Shown: piece by piece, positions 51,526 through 64,000 of the stretch
Layout of the letters: the number at the start of each line of letters is the position of its first letter
How positions within the stretch are numbered: the stretch's first letter is position 1
From: an uncultured Gemmatimonadales bacterium
GTDB taxonomy: Bacteria > Gemmatimonadota > Gemmatimonadetes > Longimicrobiales > Longimicrobiaceae
Direction of reading: 5' to 3'
Assembly (NCBI GenBank): GCA_963716255.1
Contig: OY970303.1
Coordinates: 5,408,001 to 5,472,000 of the forward strand
DNA length: 64,000 nucleotides
Translations under genes and position numbers: made by a program
The notes under the pieces: model-generated
Seen by the model: only the letters and a program-made list of their open reading frames with translations
Databases searched by the model: none
Told to the model about the DNA's origin: nothing

Positions 51526-51664
51526 TTCGGGCGTGCCCCCGGCTGGCGCCGGGGTCGGGCTTCGGCTCCGTAAGCGAGCAAACGACGCTCGCTAACGGAG
51601 TCGAGACCCGGCGGAAACTGCCCCGCCGGGTCTCGCCCCTTCGGGCCGAAATCCCTCACGCGGG
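51526..51664 (+). repeat. Structured dispersed repeat, copy 4 (rpoC 3' UTR)
   Basis: Aligns with copy 1; inner stem AGCGAGC/GCTCGCT with loop AAACGAC. Confidence 0.92.
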
Positions 51665-51697
51665 TTCCAGCCGGACCTCTGGTTCAGCTTGCCGGAC

Positions 51698-51740
51698 AGC
51701 GAAGCGGCCCCGGGCTCACGCCCGGGGCCGCTTCGCTTTT
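51698..51740 (+). terminator. Rho-independent terminator of rpoBC
   Basis: AGCGAAGCGGCCCCGGGC-TCAC-GCCCGGGGCCGCTTCGCT followed by TTT. Confidence 0.85.
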
Positions 51741-51757
51741 GCGTGTCGTCCGGTAGT

Positions 51758-53668
51758 CTACTGCACGATCTCCAGCTCGTAGGCCACCGTGTAGCGGGCC
51801 AGTACGTGGCGGATGCGCTCGCGCAGGGATTCCGGGTCGGCGCCGTCCGGCTCCACCCGCAGCCGCACCACGGTGCCGTGTACCGGGTCGGGGCCGGCTT
51901 CGGCCGTGATCGCTCCCGCCCCCAGCGCGGCGGCCTCCTCGCGGTAGGCGTCGGCGATCTCCTGCCAGCGGAGCTGCGGCTTGAAGATCTTGCCCACGGC
52001 GGTCAGGGGGATCCGCTCCACGATCCGGACCTGCTTCGGCACGGCCGCGCGCTCGCCGATGCGGCCGGCCAGGAAGCGCAGCAGCTCGCCGGGGGACGCT
52101 TCCGCGCCGGGCCGGAGCTGCGCGTAGGCGACCGGGACCTCGCCCACGCGCGGGTCGGGGCGTCCCACCGCGGCGGCGAGCGCGACGGCGGGGTGCTCGT
52201 GCAGCGGGCCCTCGATCAGCTGCGGGTCGATGTTGTGGCCGGCCCGGATGATCAGCTCCTTGCTGCGGCCGGTGAGCCACAGGTAGCCGTCCTCGTCCAT
52301 CCGGCCCAGGTCGCCGGTGTCCAGCCAGGGCCCGCCGCCGTCCCCAGCGTCGATCCGGGCGTCCCGCGGCCCGCCGCCGCCTCGGTAGCCGGCGAACACG
52401 TTGGGGCCGCGGATCGCCACCACCCCGATCTCCCCCGGGCGGCACTCCCGAACGTACGCGCCGCTGCCGTCGAGCACGAGCGTCGCGACCTGCTGGTAGG
52501 GGAGCCGCAGCCCCACCGAGCCGACGCGCCTGTCGCCCCGCAGCGGGTTGACGCAGCTCACGCATGTCCCCTCCGTCAGGCCGTAGCCTTCCAGGATGCG
52601 GACGCCGGTGCGCCGCTCGAACTCCTCGAACACTTCGGTCGGCATGGGCGCGGCCCCGCACAGGGCGAACCGGAGCGAGCTCACGTCAGCGCCGTCGATG
52701 GGCACGTCCAGCAGCCCCGAGTAGATGGTGGGCACGCCGCTGAAGAAGCTCACCCGGTAGTGCTCCACCATCTTCCAGAAGCCCGCGAGCACGCCGGGAC
52801 CCCTGTAGCCCTGCGGCGTGGCGAGGACCACGGTGCCCCCGCGGCTCCAGGGGATCAGGCCCGTCACCAGCACGCCGTTGACGTGGAAGAGCGGGAGCCC
52901 GCAGAAGAAGACCTGGCCGGGCCGCGCGTCCAGCGCGAGCGAGGCGGACCAGGCGTCGAACACCTGGTTCACGTGCGTGTGCCGGGCCAGGCGGGGGGCG
53001 CCGGTGGTCCCGCCGGTGTGGAAGTACGCGGCCACGTCGTCCGGCCCGATGCTCCGTCCGCTCACCAGCCGGTCGCCGCGGTGCTCCGCCATGGCGGGCT
53101 GCAGGTCCAGCACGCGCACGCCGGGGATCCGCGGGGCGGGCTCCCGTTCCGCCCCCGGGACGTAGTCGGCCAGGTGGACCCGGAGGACGGTCTCCAGCGT
53201 GGGGACGCGGTCCAGGACGGACGCGACCCTGTCCCACAGGTCGGAGCCGGGGAAGGGGGCGAGCGTGGCGATGACCCGCGTTCCGGCGGCGCTCAGGATG
53301 TCGGCGATCTGCGCCGGCTCCAGCAGCGGGTTCACCGGGTTCACGATCCCCGCCGCCTCGCCGCCCCAGAGCAGGAAGTGGGTCTCGGGGAGGTTGGGGA
53401 GCACCAGGGAAACGACTTCGCCGTCGCGCACCCCCAGCTCGTGCAGCAGGTTGGCAGTGCGGTGGACCGCCTCCAGGAGCTCCCCGTAGGTGAAGTCGAC
53501 CGGGCGGTCGTACGCGGCGGCGGATGCGAAGAAGCGCAGCGCGGTCCGACCGGCGTGCTCCGACGCGGCGCGGGCGAGCATCTGGTAGGTGCTGGCGGGG
53601 AGGTCGCGCTCGGAGAGCGCGATCCGCTCGGCGGCCTCGACGTCGGCCAGGGTGGCGAACCCGGACAT
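51758..53668 (-). CDS. Acyl-CoA synthetase (AMP-forming)
   Basis: FHTGGTTGAPR, LPLFHV, EGYGLTE, TGDLG, GRSKELI, TAVGKI. Confidence 0.92.
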   Translation of the reverse strand: MSGFATLADVEAAERIALSERDLPASTYQMLARAASEHAGRTALRFFASAAAYDRPVDFTYGELLEAVHRTANLLHELGVRDGEVVSLVLPNLPETHFLLWGGEAAGIVNPVNPLLEPAQIADILSAAGTRVIATLAPFPGSDLWDRVASVLDRVPTLETVLRVHLADYVPGAEREPAPRIPGVRVLDLQPAMAEHRGDRLVSGRSIGPDDVAAYFHTGGTTGAPRLARHTHVNQVFDAWSASLALDARPGQVFFCGLPLFHVNGVLVTGLIPWSRGGTVVLATPQGYRGPGVLAGFWKMVEHYRVSFFSGVPTIYSGLLDVPIDGADVSSLRFALCGAAPMPTEVFEEFERRTGVRILEGYGLTEGTCVSCVNPLRGDRRVGSVGLRLPYQQVATLVLDGSGAYVRECRPGEIGVVAIRGPNVFAGYRGGGGPRDARIDAGDGGGPWLDTGDLGRMDEDGYLWLTGRSKELIIRAGHNIDPQLIEGPLHEHPAVALAAAVGRPDPRVGEVPVAYAQLRPGAEASPGELLRFLAGRIGERAAVPKQVRIVERIPLTAVGKIFKPQLRWQEIADAYREEAAALGAGAITAEAGPDPVHGTVVRLRVEPDGADPESLRERIRHVLARYTVAYELEIVQ

Positions 53669-53824
53669 GAGGGTCCTCGGCGGGGTCGGGGGAAAGGGTG
53701 AGGGCGACGCCGGAGCACCCGCCGCGCCATTCCTGTAGAGACAAAGGTCGTCGGGGATCCGGAAGCCGACAAGAGCGGCCGGAGAAGCAGAGGGATGGCC
53801 TGTTTTCCGCGACGGGTCGGAGGA

Positions 53825-53853
53825 TTGACACCGGCCCGATTCACCATTACCTT
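53825..53853 (+). promoter_or_regulatory. Sigma70 promoter of the str operon
   Basis: TTGACA-N17-TACCTT. Confidence 0.7.
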
Positions 53854-53948
53854 TCCCGGTCTGTCGCCTAACTCCTGTGGGCGGCGGCGGGGGCGCGGTT
53901 CCGCTTCCGCCAGTCTTTTTTTCGTCTATCCCAGGGCGCTTACCGAGT

Positions 53949-54374
53949 ATGCCGACGATCAACCAGCTGGTCCGCAAGGGGCGCGAGACGCTCGTCAAGA
54001 AGAGCAAGTCGCCCGCCCTGCGGAACAACCCGCAGAAGCGCGGCGTCTGCACGCGCGTGTACACGACCACCCCGAAGAAGCCGAACTCGGCCCTCCGGAA
54101 GGTTGCCCGCGTCCGGCTGAACAACGGCTTCGAGGTCACGGCGTACATCCCGGGCGAGGGACACAACCTGCAGGAGCACTCGATCGTCCTGATCCGCGGC
54201 GGCCGCGTCAAGGACCTTCCGGGCGTTCGCTACCACATCATCCGCGGCACCCTGGACGCGTCGGGCGTGAACGACCGCCGTCAGAGCCGCTCCAAGTACG
54301 GAGCCAAGCGGCCCAAGCCCGGCCAGCCCGCCGGGAAGGGCGCCAAGGGCGCTCCGGCCAAGGGGAGGAAGTAA
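53949..54374 (+). CDS. rpsL: 30S ribosomal protein S12
   Basis: [33 protein letters not shown]. Confidence 0.98.
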   Translation: MPTINQLVRKGRETLVKKSKSPALRNNPQKRGVCTRVYTTTPKKPNSALRKVARVRLNNGFEVTAYIPGEGHNLQEHSIVLIRGGRVKDLPGVRYHIIRGTLDASGVNDRRQSRSKYGAKRPKPGQPAGKGAKGAPAKGRK

Positions 54375-54377
54375 GAG

Positions 54378-54848
54378 ATGAGCCGTCGTAATCGCGCGGT
54401 CAAGCGCCCGACTCTCCCGGACCCGATCTACGGCTCCGAGACGATCACCAAGTTCGTCAACACCCTGATGTACGATGGCAAGAAGTCCCTGGCCGAGGGG
54501 ATCTTCTACAGCGCCATGCGCATCATGGAGGAGCGCAGCGGGCAGCCGGCGGAGACCGTCTTCAAGACGGCGCTCAACAACGCCAAGCCGGTCCTCGAGG
54601 TGAAGTCCCGCCGCGTCGGCGGCGCCACCTACCAGGTCCCGGTCGAGGTCCGTCCGGAGCGTCGCCAGGCCCTCGCCATGCGCTGGCTCGTGGGCTACGC
54701 CCGCGCCCGCGGCGAGAAGACCATGGCCGACCGCCTCGCGGCGGAGCTGCTCGCCGCCAGCCGGAACGAGGGTGCGACGATCAAGAAGAAGGACGACACG
54801 CACCGCATGGCCGACGCCAACAAGGCGTTCGCCCACTATCGCTGGTAA
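54378..54848 (+). CDS. rpsG: 30S ribosomal protein S7
   Basis: [25 protein letters not shown]. Confidence 0.98.
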   Translation: MSRRNRAVKRPTLPDPIYGSETITKFVNTLMYDGKKSLAEGIFYSAMRIMEERSGQPAETVFKTALNNAKPVLEVKSRRVGGATYQVPVEVRPERRQALAMRWLVGYARARGEKTMADRLAAELLAASRNEGATIKKKDDTHRMADANKAFAHYRW

Positions 54849-54949
54849 GAAGAGCTCGCAACCGAGACAACAGGCCGGGAACGCAGGCGCCCGGAGGGTG
54901 GTTCGCCGCCCTCCGACGCGCCTGCTTCCTTGCATCACCGGAATAGATC

Positions 54950-57046
<2,097 letters not shown>

Positions 57047-57170
57047 GGCGGTTCGCGGACGGCTGACACCGGGCGGTGGGAGATCCACGGAGCTCCAGCC
57101 GCCCGGGTTCGCCCGGTCGGAATCAAGACAGCCGATTTTTCACCCAATCCCGGAAAGGGGATCCAAACCA

Positions 57171-58364
<1,194 letters not shown>

Positions 58365-58458
58365 AGCCGGTTGGCGGCCGCCGCGCGCATCTTCCCGGTG
58401 CGGCGCGCGCCGCTTCTCGCGGGCTTTCAACAACCGTCAACCGAGCTTGAAGGACATA

Positions 58459-58767
58459 ATGGCTGGCAAGATCCGTATCCGGCTGAAGGGCTTCGATCAC
58501 GCGGTGATCGACCAGACCACGGCCGACATCGTCCGCACGGCGGAGAAGACCGGGGCCCGCGTCAGCGGCCCGATCCCGCTCCCCACGCGGGTCCAGCGCT
58601 GGACCGTCCTGCGGTCCCCGCACGTGGACAAGAAGAGCCGCGAGCAGTTCGAGCTGAAGACGCACAAGCGCGTCATCGACATCCTTGACTCGCGCCCGCA
58701 GACCGTCGACGCCCTCACGAAGCTGGATCTTCCGGCCGGTGTGGACGTCGAGATCAAGGTGGACTGA
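58459..58767 (+). CDS. rpsJ: 30S ribosomal protein S10
   Basis: [28 protein letters not shown]. Confidence 0.98.
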   Translation: MAGKIRIRLKGFDHAVIDQTTADIVRTAEKTGARVSGPIPLPTRVQRWTVLRSPHVDKKSREQFELKTHKRVIDILDSRPQTVDALTKLDLPAGVDVEIKVD

Positions 58768-58777
58768 GGAGGACGCG

Positions 58778-59401
58778 ATGTCAGCAATCATCGGAAAGAA
58801 GCTGGGCATGACCCAGCTGTTCGACGCGACCGGCGCCGTGGTGCCGGTGACCGTCGTCGAGGCGGGCCCCTGCGCCGTGGTGCAGGTCCGCACCCAGGAG
58901 AAGAACGGCTACCAGGCCGTGCAGCTCGGCTTCGGCGCCCGCAAGGCGAACCGGGCCACCAAGGCGGAGCTCGGCCACGCCGCCAAGGCGGGGCTCGAGA
59001 GCGCTCCCCAGGTGCTTCGTGAGTTCCAGTTCGGCGGGGACGCGGCGCCGGCCGTCGGCGACAAGATCACCGTCGAGCAGTTCGAGGTGGGCGCCCGGGT
59101 CAAGGTGACCGGGACCACCAAGGGCAAGGGGTTCCAGGGCGTGATGAAGCGCCACGGCTTCGGCGGCGGTCGCGCCTCGCACGGCGCCACCCGCATCCAC
59201 CGCGCCCCGGGCTCCATCGGCGCGGGCACCAACCCGTCGCGCGTCATCAAGGGCAAGCGGATGCCCGGCCAGATGGGGAACGTGCAGCAGACCGTGCGCA
59301 ACCTCCGGGTCGCCAAGGTCGACGCCGAGCGGAACCTGATCTACATCCGCGGCGCCGTGCCCGGCCCGGTGAACGGGTTCGTCTACATCACGAAGCAGTA
59401 A
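58778..59401 (+). CDS. rplC: 50S ribosomal protein L3
   Basis: [22 protein letters not shown]. Confidence 0.98.
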   Translation: MSAIIGKKLGMTQLFDATGAVVPVTVVEAGPCAVVQVRTQEKNGYQAVQLGFGARKANRATKAELGHAAKAGLESAPQVLREFQFGGDAAPAVGDKITVEQFEVGARVKVTGTTKGKGFQGVMKRHGFGGGRASHGATRIHRAPGSIGAGTNPSRVIKGKRMPGQMGNVQQTVRNLRVAKVDAERNLIYIRGAVPGPVNGFVYITKQ

Positions 59402-59410
59402 GGGGGAGAG

Positions 59411-60058
59411 ATGCTAAGCGCACGCTACTTCAGCGCGGCCGGCGAGCAGGGCGACGCCGTGCAGCTCCCCCAGGAGCTGTTCGACGGAGTCGTCAACGAC
59501 GCCGTGCTGCACCAGGTGATCAAGGCGCACCTGGCCAACAAGCGGCAGGGGAACGCCGCGACCAAGACCCGCGCGATGGTGTCCGGCGGGAACAGCAAGG
59601 TGTGGCGGCAGAAGGGGACCGGGCGCGCGCGCCAGGGCTCCATCCGCGCCCCGCACTGGCGCGGCGGCGGGATCGTCTTCGGACCCCACCCGCGCTCGTA
59701 CCACCAGGACATCCCGCGCAAGGTCAAGGCGCTCGCCCGCCGCTCCGCGTTCAACACGCGGGCCCTGGCCGAGCAGATCACCGTCCTCGAGCGGTTCGAC
59801 CTGGACGCTCCCAAGACCCGCGTCGTCGCCGAGCTGCTCGGTAAGATCGGCGTGGCCGACAAGAAGGTCCTCGTCCTCACCGACGGGATCAACAACCCGC
59901 TGTTCCTCTCGGTGCGGAACCTCCAGAACGTGCGCGTGAAGCCGTTTCGCGAGGCCTCGGCGTACGACGTGATGACCGCCAGCCAGCTGGTGATCGAGTC
60001 CGCCGCCCTGCAGTCCGTGGGTGCCGGCGCCGAGAAGGAGGAAACCGTCAATGCGTAG
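59411..60058 (+). CDS. rplD: 50S ribosomal protein L4
   Basis: [21 protein letters not shown]. Confidence 0.98.
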   Translation: MLSARYFSAAGEQGDAVQLPQELFDGVVNDAVLHQVIKAHLANKRQGNAATKTRAMVSGGNSKVWRQKGTGRARQGSIRAPHWRGGGIVFGPHPRSYHQDIPRKVKALARRSAFNTRALAEQITVLERFDLDAPKTRVVAELLGKIGVADKKVLVLTDGINNPLFLSVRNLQNVRVKPFREASAYDVMTASQLVIESAALQSVGAGAEKEETVNA

Positions 60059-60341
60059 CATCCACGACGTGATCGTGCGCCCGCTGCTCACCGAGAAGTC
60101 GACGCAGCAGCTCGACGCGCAGAACGCCTACACGTTCGTCGTCGACAAGACGGCGAACAAGATCGAGATCGCCTACGCGGTCGAGAAGCAGTTCGGCGTC
60201 AAGGTGAAGGCCGTCCGCACCATGCGCTACGCCGGGAAGGACCGCCGCGTCGGCAAGTACGTCGGCCGCCGCGCCTCCTGGAAGAAGGCTGTCGTCACCC
60301 TTCAGGATGGCGACACCATCGAGATCTTTGAGGGAGTCTGA
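60051..60341 (+). CDS. rplW: 50S ribosomal protein L23
   Basis: [21 protein letters not shown]. Confidence 0.97.
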   Translation: MRSIHDVIVRPLLTEKSTQQLDAQNAYTFVVDKTANKIEIAYAVEKQFGVKVKAVRTMRYAGKDRRVGKYVGRRASWKKAVVTLQDGDTIEIFEGV

Positions 60342-60343
60342 CG

Positions 60344-61186
60344 ATGCCGACCAAGCAATTCAAGCCGGTCACCGCCGGGACTCGCTTCCGCTCGATCAGT
60401 GACTTCGCCGAGGTCACGCACAAAGGCCGGCCGGAGAAGGCGCTGACCGAGTCCATCAGCAAGTCGGGCGGCCGCAACCACCACGGGCACGTGACCTCGC
60501 GCCGCCGCGGCGGCGGGCACAAGCGCCTGTACCGGATCGTGGACTTCAAGCGCAACAAGCACGGCGTCAAGGCCCGCGTGGAGCGCATCGAGTACGATCC
60601 CAACCGCACGGCGAACCTCGCCCTGCTGGTGTACGAGGACGGCGAGCGCCGCTACATCATCCACCCCCGCAACCTCGCGGTGGGTGACGTGATCGAGTCC
60701 GGGCCGGGCTCCGACATCAAGATCGGCAACTCGCTCCCGCTGGCGGAGATCCCCCTGGGGACCACCGTCCACAACGTGGAGATCCGTCCGGGCAAGGGCG
60801 CCCAGATGGCCCGCTCCGCGGGCTCCGGGGTGCAGATCGTGGCCAAGGAGGGCGAGTACGTTACCCTTCGCATGCCCTCCACCGAGGTCCGCCAGGTCCG
60901 CCGCGAGTGCGTCGCGACCGTCGGCCAGGTGGGGAACGTGGACCACGAGAAGCAGTCCATCGGCAAGGCGGGCGCGAACCGCTGGCGCGGCAAGCGTCCC
61001 AAGGTCCGCGGCGTGGCGATGAACCCCGTCGACCACCCGATGGGCGGCGGCGAGGGCAAGACCTCGGGCGGGCGTCCGCCGGTGACGCCGTGGGGCAAGA
61101 AGGAGGGCGTCAAGACCCGCAAGAACAAGAAGGCTTCCAACAAGTTCATCGTGCGCGGGCGCAAGCGCGGCCGGGCGACGAAGTAA
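60344..61186 (+). CDS. rplB: 50S ribosomal protein L2
   Basis: [26 protein letters not shown]. Confidence 0.98.
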   Translation: MPTKQFKPVTAGTRFRSISDFAEVTHKGRPEKALTESISKSGGRNHHGHVTSRRRGGGHKRLYRIVDFKRNKHGVKARVERIEYDPNRTANLALLVYEDGERRYIIHPRNLAVGDVIESGPGSDIKIGNSLPLAEIPLGTTVHNVEIRPGKGAQMARSAGSGVQIVAKEGEYVTLRMPSTEVRQVRRECVATVGQVGNVDHEKQSIGKAGANRWRGKRPKVRGVAMNPVDHPMGGGEGKTSGGRPPVTPWGKKEGVKTRKNKKASNKFIVRGRKRGRATK

Positions 61187-61418
61187 CGGGACGCGCCCTT
61201 CGGGGCGCTGCTCGGGAGGCTGGCGAACGGCGGTCCGTCCACTCCGCTCCGGTGGGGTGGACGGATTGCTGGTTGTATGTTAGGTTTACTGGCTATGCCG
61301 CGAACGCGCGTTCGCGGCATGTCGCGTCCACCACTGGACAGGCCCGGTCCCGGGCCCGCATGTGGACCTTGTTTCCCGCATGGTGCGGGGGACGAAGCTA
61401 AGAGCGAGAGCAGATCAC

Positions 61419-61706
61419 ATGCCGAGAAGTCTGAAGAAGGGGCCCTTCGTAGAAGAGAGCCTCCTCAAGAAGGTCCGGCTGATGAACGATCGGGGCGAGA
61501 AGCGCGTGATCAAGACCTGGTCGCGCAGCTCCACCATCACCCCCGAGTTCATCGGCCACACCCTCGCGGTGCACAACGGGAACAAGTTCATCCCCGTGTA
61601 CCTCACGGAGAACATGGTCGGGCACAAGCTCGGCGAGTTCGCTCCTACCCGTATGTTCCGCGGGCACGGCGGCAAGCTCGCCGACAAGCGCGCCAAGGCG
61701 CGGTAG
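61419..61706 (+). CDS. rpsS: 30S ribosomal protein S19
   Basis: [28 protein letters not shown]. Confidence 0.98.
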   Translation: MPRSLKKGPFVEESLLKKVRLMNDRGEKRVIKTWSRSSTITPEFIGHTLAVHNGNKFIPVYLTENMVGHKLGEFAPTRMFRGHGGKLADKRAKAR

Positions 61707-61734
61707 CCCACACGAGCGAACAGGAGACATAGAA

Positions 61735-62085
61735 ATGCAAGCTCGTGCCATGGCCAAGAACGTCGGGATGTCGCCACGCAAGATGCGGATGGTCATCGAC
61801 CTGATCCGCGGGCGGGGCGTCAACGAGGCCTACTCCATCCTGAAGTTCTCGAAGAAGGCGGCCACCACCCCCATCGAGAAGGCGCTCCGCTCCGCCGTCG
61901 CCAATGCGCAGCAGAAGGCGGACAAGCAGGGTACCTTCCTCGACGTGGACGACCTGGTCGTCCGTGAGGCGTTCGTCAACGAGGGCCCGACGATGAAGCG
62001 GTTCTCTCCGCGCGCCATGGGCCGCGCGACGCCGATCATGAAGCGGTCCAGCCACATCACCATCATCGTCGACGAGAAGGAGTAA
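61735..62085 (+). CDS. rplV: 50S ribosomal protein L22
   Basis: SPRK, SAVANA, PRAMGRA, SHITI. Confidence 0.98.
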   Translation: MQARAMAKNVGMSPRKMRMVIDLIRGRGVNEAYSILKFSKKAATTPIEKALRSAVANAQQKADKQGTFLDVDDLVVREAFVNEGPTMKRFSPRAMGRATPIMKRSSHITIIVDEKE

Positions 62086-62088
62086 CCC

Positions 62089-62751
62089 GTGGGACAGAAG
62101 ACCCATCCGAGAGGGTTCCGGCTCGGGATCGTCGCCCCGTGGAAGTCCCGCTGGTACGCCGAGCGCGACTTTCCCCGGCTCCTCGCCGAGGACGAGACGA
62201 TCCGCAAGTACCTGAACCAGCGCCTGGGGCACGCGTCGATCTCCGAGGTCGAGATCGAGCGGAAGCCCGGGAAGGTCATCGTCACCGTGCACACCGCCCG
62301 TCCGGGCGTGGTGATCGGCAAGGGCGGCTCCGAGGTCGACAAGCTGCGTGACGAGCTGGGCCGGCTCACCAAGGTGACCGAGGTCGCGATCAACGTCGAG
62401 GAGGTGAAGCGTCCCGAGGTGGATGCGCAGCTCGTCGCCGACAGCATCGCCCACCAGCTGGTGCAGCGCGTGTCCTTCCGCCGCGCCATGAAGCGCGCCG
62501 TGCAGAACGCGATGCGCGCCGGCGCCGAAGGGATCAAGATCCAGGTCGGCGGCCGCCTGAACGGCGCGGAGATCGCGCGCTCCGAGGGCTACAAGGAGGG
62601 GCGGATCCCCCTCCAGACGCTCCGCGCGGACATCGACTACGCGCAGTCCACCGCGCGCACCACGTACGGGACCATCGGCGTCAAGGTGTGGGTGTTCAAG
62701 GGCGAGGTGGTGGAGAACCGCCGCGGCCGCACCTACTCCAGCGACGCCTGA
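62089..62751 (+). CDS. rpsC: 30S ribosomal protein S3
   Basis: [32 protein letters not shown]. Confidence 0.98.
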   Translation: MGQKTHPRGFRLGIVAPWKSRWYAERDFPRLLAEDETIRKYLNQRLGHASISEVEIERKPGKVIVTVHTARPGVVIGKGGSEVDKLRDELGRLTKVTEVAINVEEVKRPEVDAQLVADSIAHQLVQRVSFRRAMKRAVQNAMRAGAEGIKIQVGGRLNGAEIARSEGYKEGRIPLQTLRADIDYAQSTARTTYGTIGVKVWVFKGEVVENRRGRTYSSDA

Positions 62752-62763
62752 GGAGGATAGAAG

Positions 62764-63216
62764 ATGCTTGCCCCCAAGCGAGTAAAATATCGTAAGCAGA
62801 TGAAGGGCCGGATGAAGGGGAAGGCGACCCGGGGCAACTACGTTGCCTTCGGCGACTTCGGCCTTCAGGCGATGGAGCCCGGCTGGGTGACCAACCGCTC
62901 CATCGAGGCGGCCCGTATCGCCATGACCCGCCACATCAAGCGTGGCGGCAAGGTCTGGATCCGGATCTTCCCCGACAAGTCCCTGACCAAGAAGCCCCTC
63001 GAGGTGCGCATGGGCAAGGGCAAGGGCAACCCGGAGTTCTGGGTTGCCGTGGTGAAGCCGGGCCGGATCATGTTCGAGCTCGAGCACAGCAACCACGAGA
63101 TGGCGCGCCGGGCCCTGGAGCTCGCCGCCGCCAAGCTCCCGGTGAAGTGCAAGATTGTGGAGCGGGAGAAGCCGGCCGCCGTGGCCGCAGCCAACGCCGA
63201 AGGAGGTGCCGAATGA
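62764..63216 (+). CDS. rplP: 50S ribosomal protein L16
   Basis: [22 protein letters not shown]. Confidence 0.98.
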   Translation: MLAPKRVKYRKQMKGRMKGKATRGNYVAFGDFGLQAMEPGWVTNRSIEAARIAMTRHIKRGGKVWIRIFPDKSLTKKPLEVRMGKGKGNPEFWVAVVKPGRIMFELEHSNHEMARRALELAAAKLPVKCKIVEREKPAAVAAANAEGGAE

Positions 63217-63443
63217 AGTCCGAGCGCAAGCGCGGCACCGACACGGAGAGCCTCCGCGGCATGACGGAGGAGGATCTCCTGGCGCGGGTCGAGCAGCTCC
63301 GTGAGGAGCAGTTCCGGCTCCGCTTCCGGGCCACCACGACCCAGCTGGAGAACCCGATGCTGGTCCGGGACATCCGGCGCGACATCGCGCGCATCAACAC
63401 CATCCTGCGCGAGCGGCAACTTTCCGGCGAGGGCGCACGCTGA
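63213..63443 (+). CDS. rpmC: 50S ribosomal protein L29
   Basis: [18 protein letters not shown]. Confidence 0.95.
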   Translation: MKSERKRGTDTESLRGMTEEDLLARVEQLREEQFRLRFRATTTQLENPMLVRDIRRDIARINTILRERQLSGEGAR

Positions 63444-63727
63444 TGACCGAGAACGAGAATACCCAGGGCCAGGAAGAGCGGAACCGCCGCAAGTCACGGG
63501 TGGGCACCGTCGTCTCCGACAAGATGGACAAGACGGTGGTGGTCAGCGTGGAGCGCCGCTTTTCGCACCCGCTGTACGGGAAGCAGATGACCCGCAGCAA
63601 GAAGTTCCACGCGCACGACGAGAACAACGACTACCACGTCGGCGACGTGGTGCGGATCGTCGAGACGCGTCCGCTCAGCAAGCTGAAGCGGTGGCGGGTC
63701 GCCGAGGTGATCGAGCGCGCCAGATAA
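63443..63727 (+). CDS. rpsQ: 30S ribosomal protein S17
   Basis: [24 protein letters not shown]. Confidence 0.98.
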   Translation: MTENENTQGQEERNRRKSRVGTVVSDKMDKTVVVSVERRFSHPLYGKQMTRSKKFHAHDENNDYHVGDVVRIVETRPLSKLKRWRVAEVIERAR

Positions 63728-63798
63728 CAGCCGCCGGGGGGAGGGGAGGGCAGTGCCCGCTTCTCCCCGCCAGGCGTTCCGAATCCTGAGGGGAAGAC

Positions 63799-64000
63799 AT
63801 GATCCAGCAAGAATCGATCGTCAGGATCGCGGACAACAGCGGCGCGAAGCGGGCGCTGGTGATCCGGGTTCTCGGCGGCAGCAAGCGGCGCTACGCCCGC
63901 ATCGGCGACATCGTCGTCGTCGCGATCAAGGACGCGCTCCCGGACGGGACCGTGAAGAAGGGCGACGTGGCCAAGGCCGTGGTGGTCCGCACCACCAAGG
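63799..64000 (+). CDS. rplN: 50S ribosomal protein L14; partial, runs off the window end
   Basis: Translated by hand: [37 protein letters not shown]...KAVVVRT. Confidence 0.97.
   Translation, partial: MIQQESIVRIADNSGAKRALVIRVLGGSKRRYARIGDIVVVAIKDALPDGTVKKGDVAKAVVVRTTK

Overview
High-GC bacterial chromosome segment. The gene repertoire and ribosomal proteins suggest Gemmatimonadota (Longimicrobium-like); this is an inference. 1-2.5 kb: edge of a decayed genomic island (partial Ig-domain lipoprotein, broken tyrosine recombinase) at the 3' end of tRNA-Pro. 2.5-22.2 kb: housekeeping and accessory genes (M61 peptidase, proline dehydrogenase, Zn-ADH, Csp, phosphoesterase, class II aldolase, a sigma54 signalling cluster, L,D-transpeptidase, smpB, amidase, pyrF, mscS, cysS). 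22.2-36.9 kb: the tRNA-Thr/Gly/Thr-tuf cluster is split by insertions: a lower-GC HEPN-type gene, an orphan antitoxin, a MacAB-like ABC exporter bounded by a duplicated tRNA-Gly 3' half, a TPR-protein/repeat-peptide lipoprotein pair, Ada-AlkA/Ogt, and a TetR-HlyD-ABC operon. 36.9-64 kb: tuf-rpmG-secE-nusG-rplKAJL-rpoBC, an inserted acyl-CoA synthetase, the str operon and the S10 operon up to a partial rplN. The strongest novelty candidates are (i) a convergent TPR protein plus a small lipoprotein carrying two synonymously diverged copies of GGGYTIGSGS (possible peptide-signalling system), and (ii) a ~135-140 bp intergenic repeat in 4 copies whose stems covary while loop motifs stay conserved.
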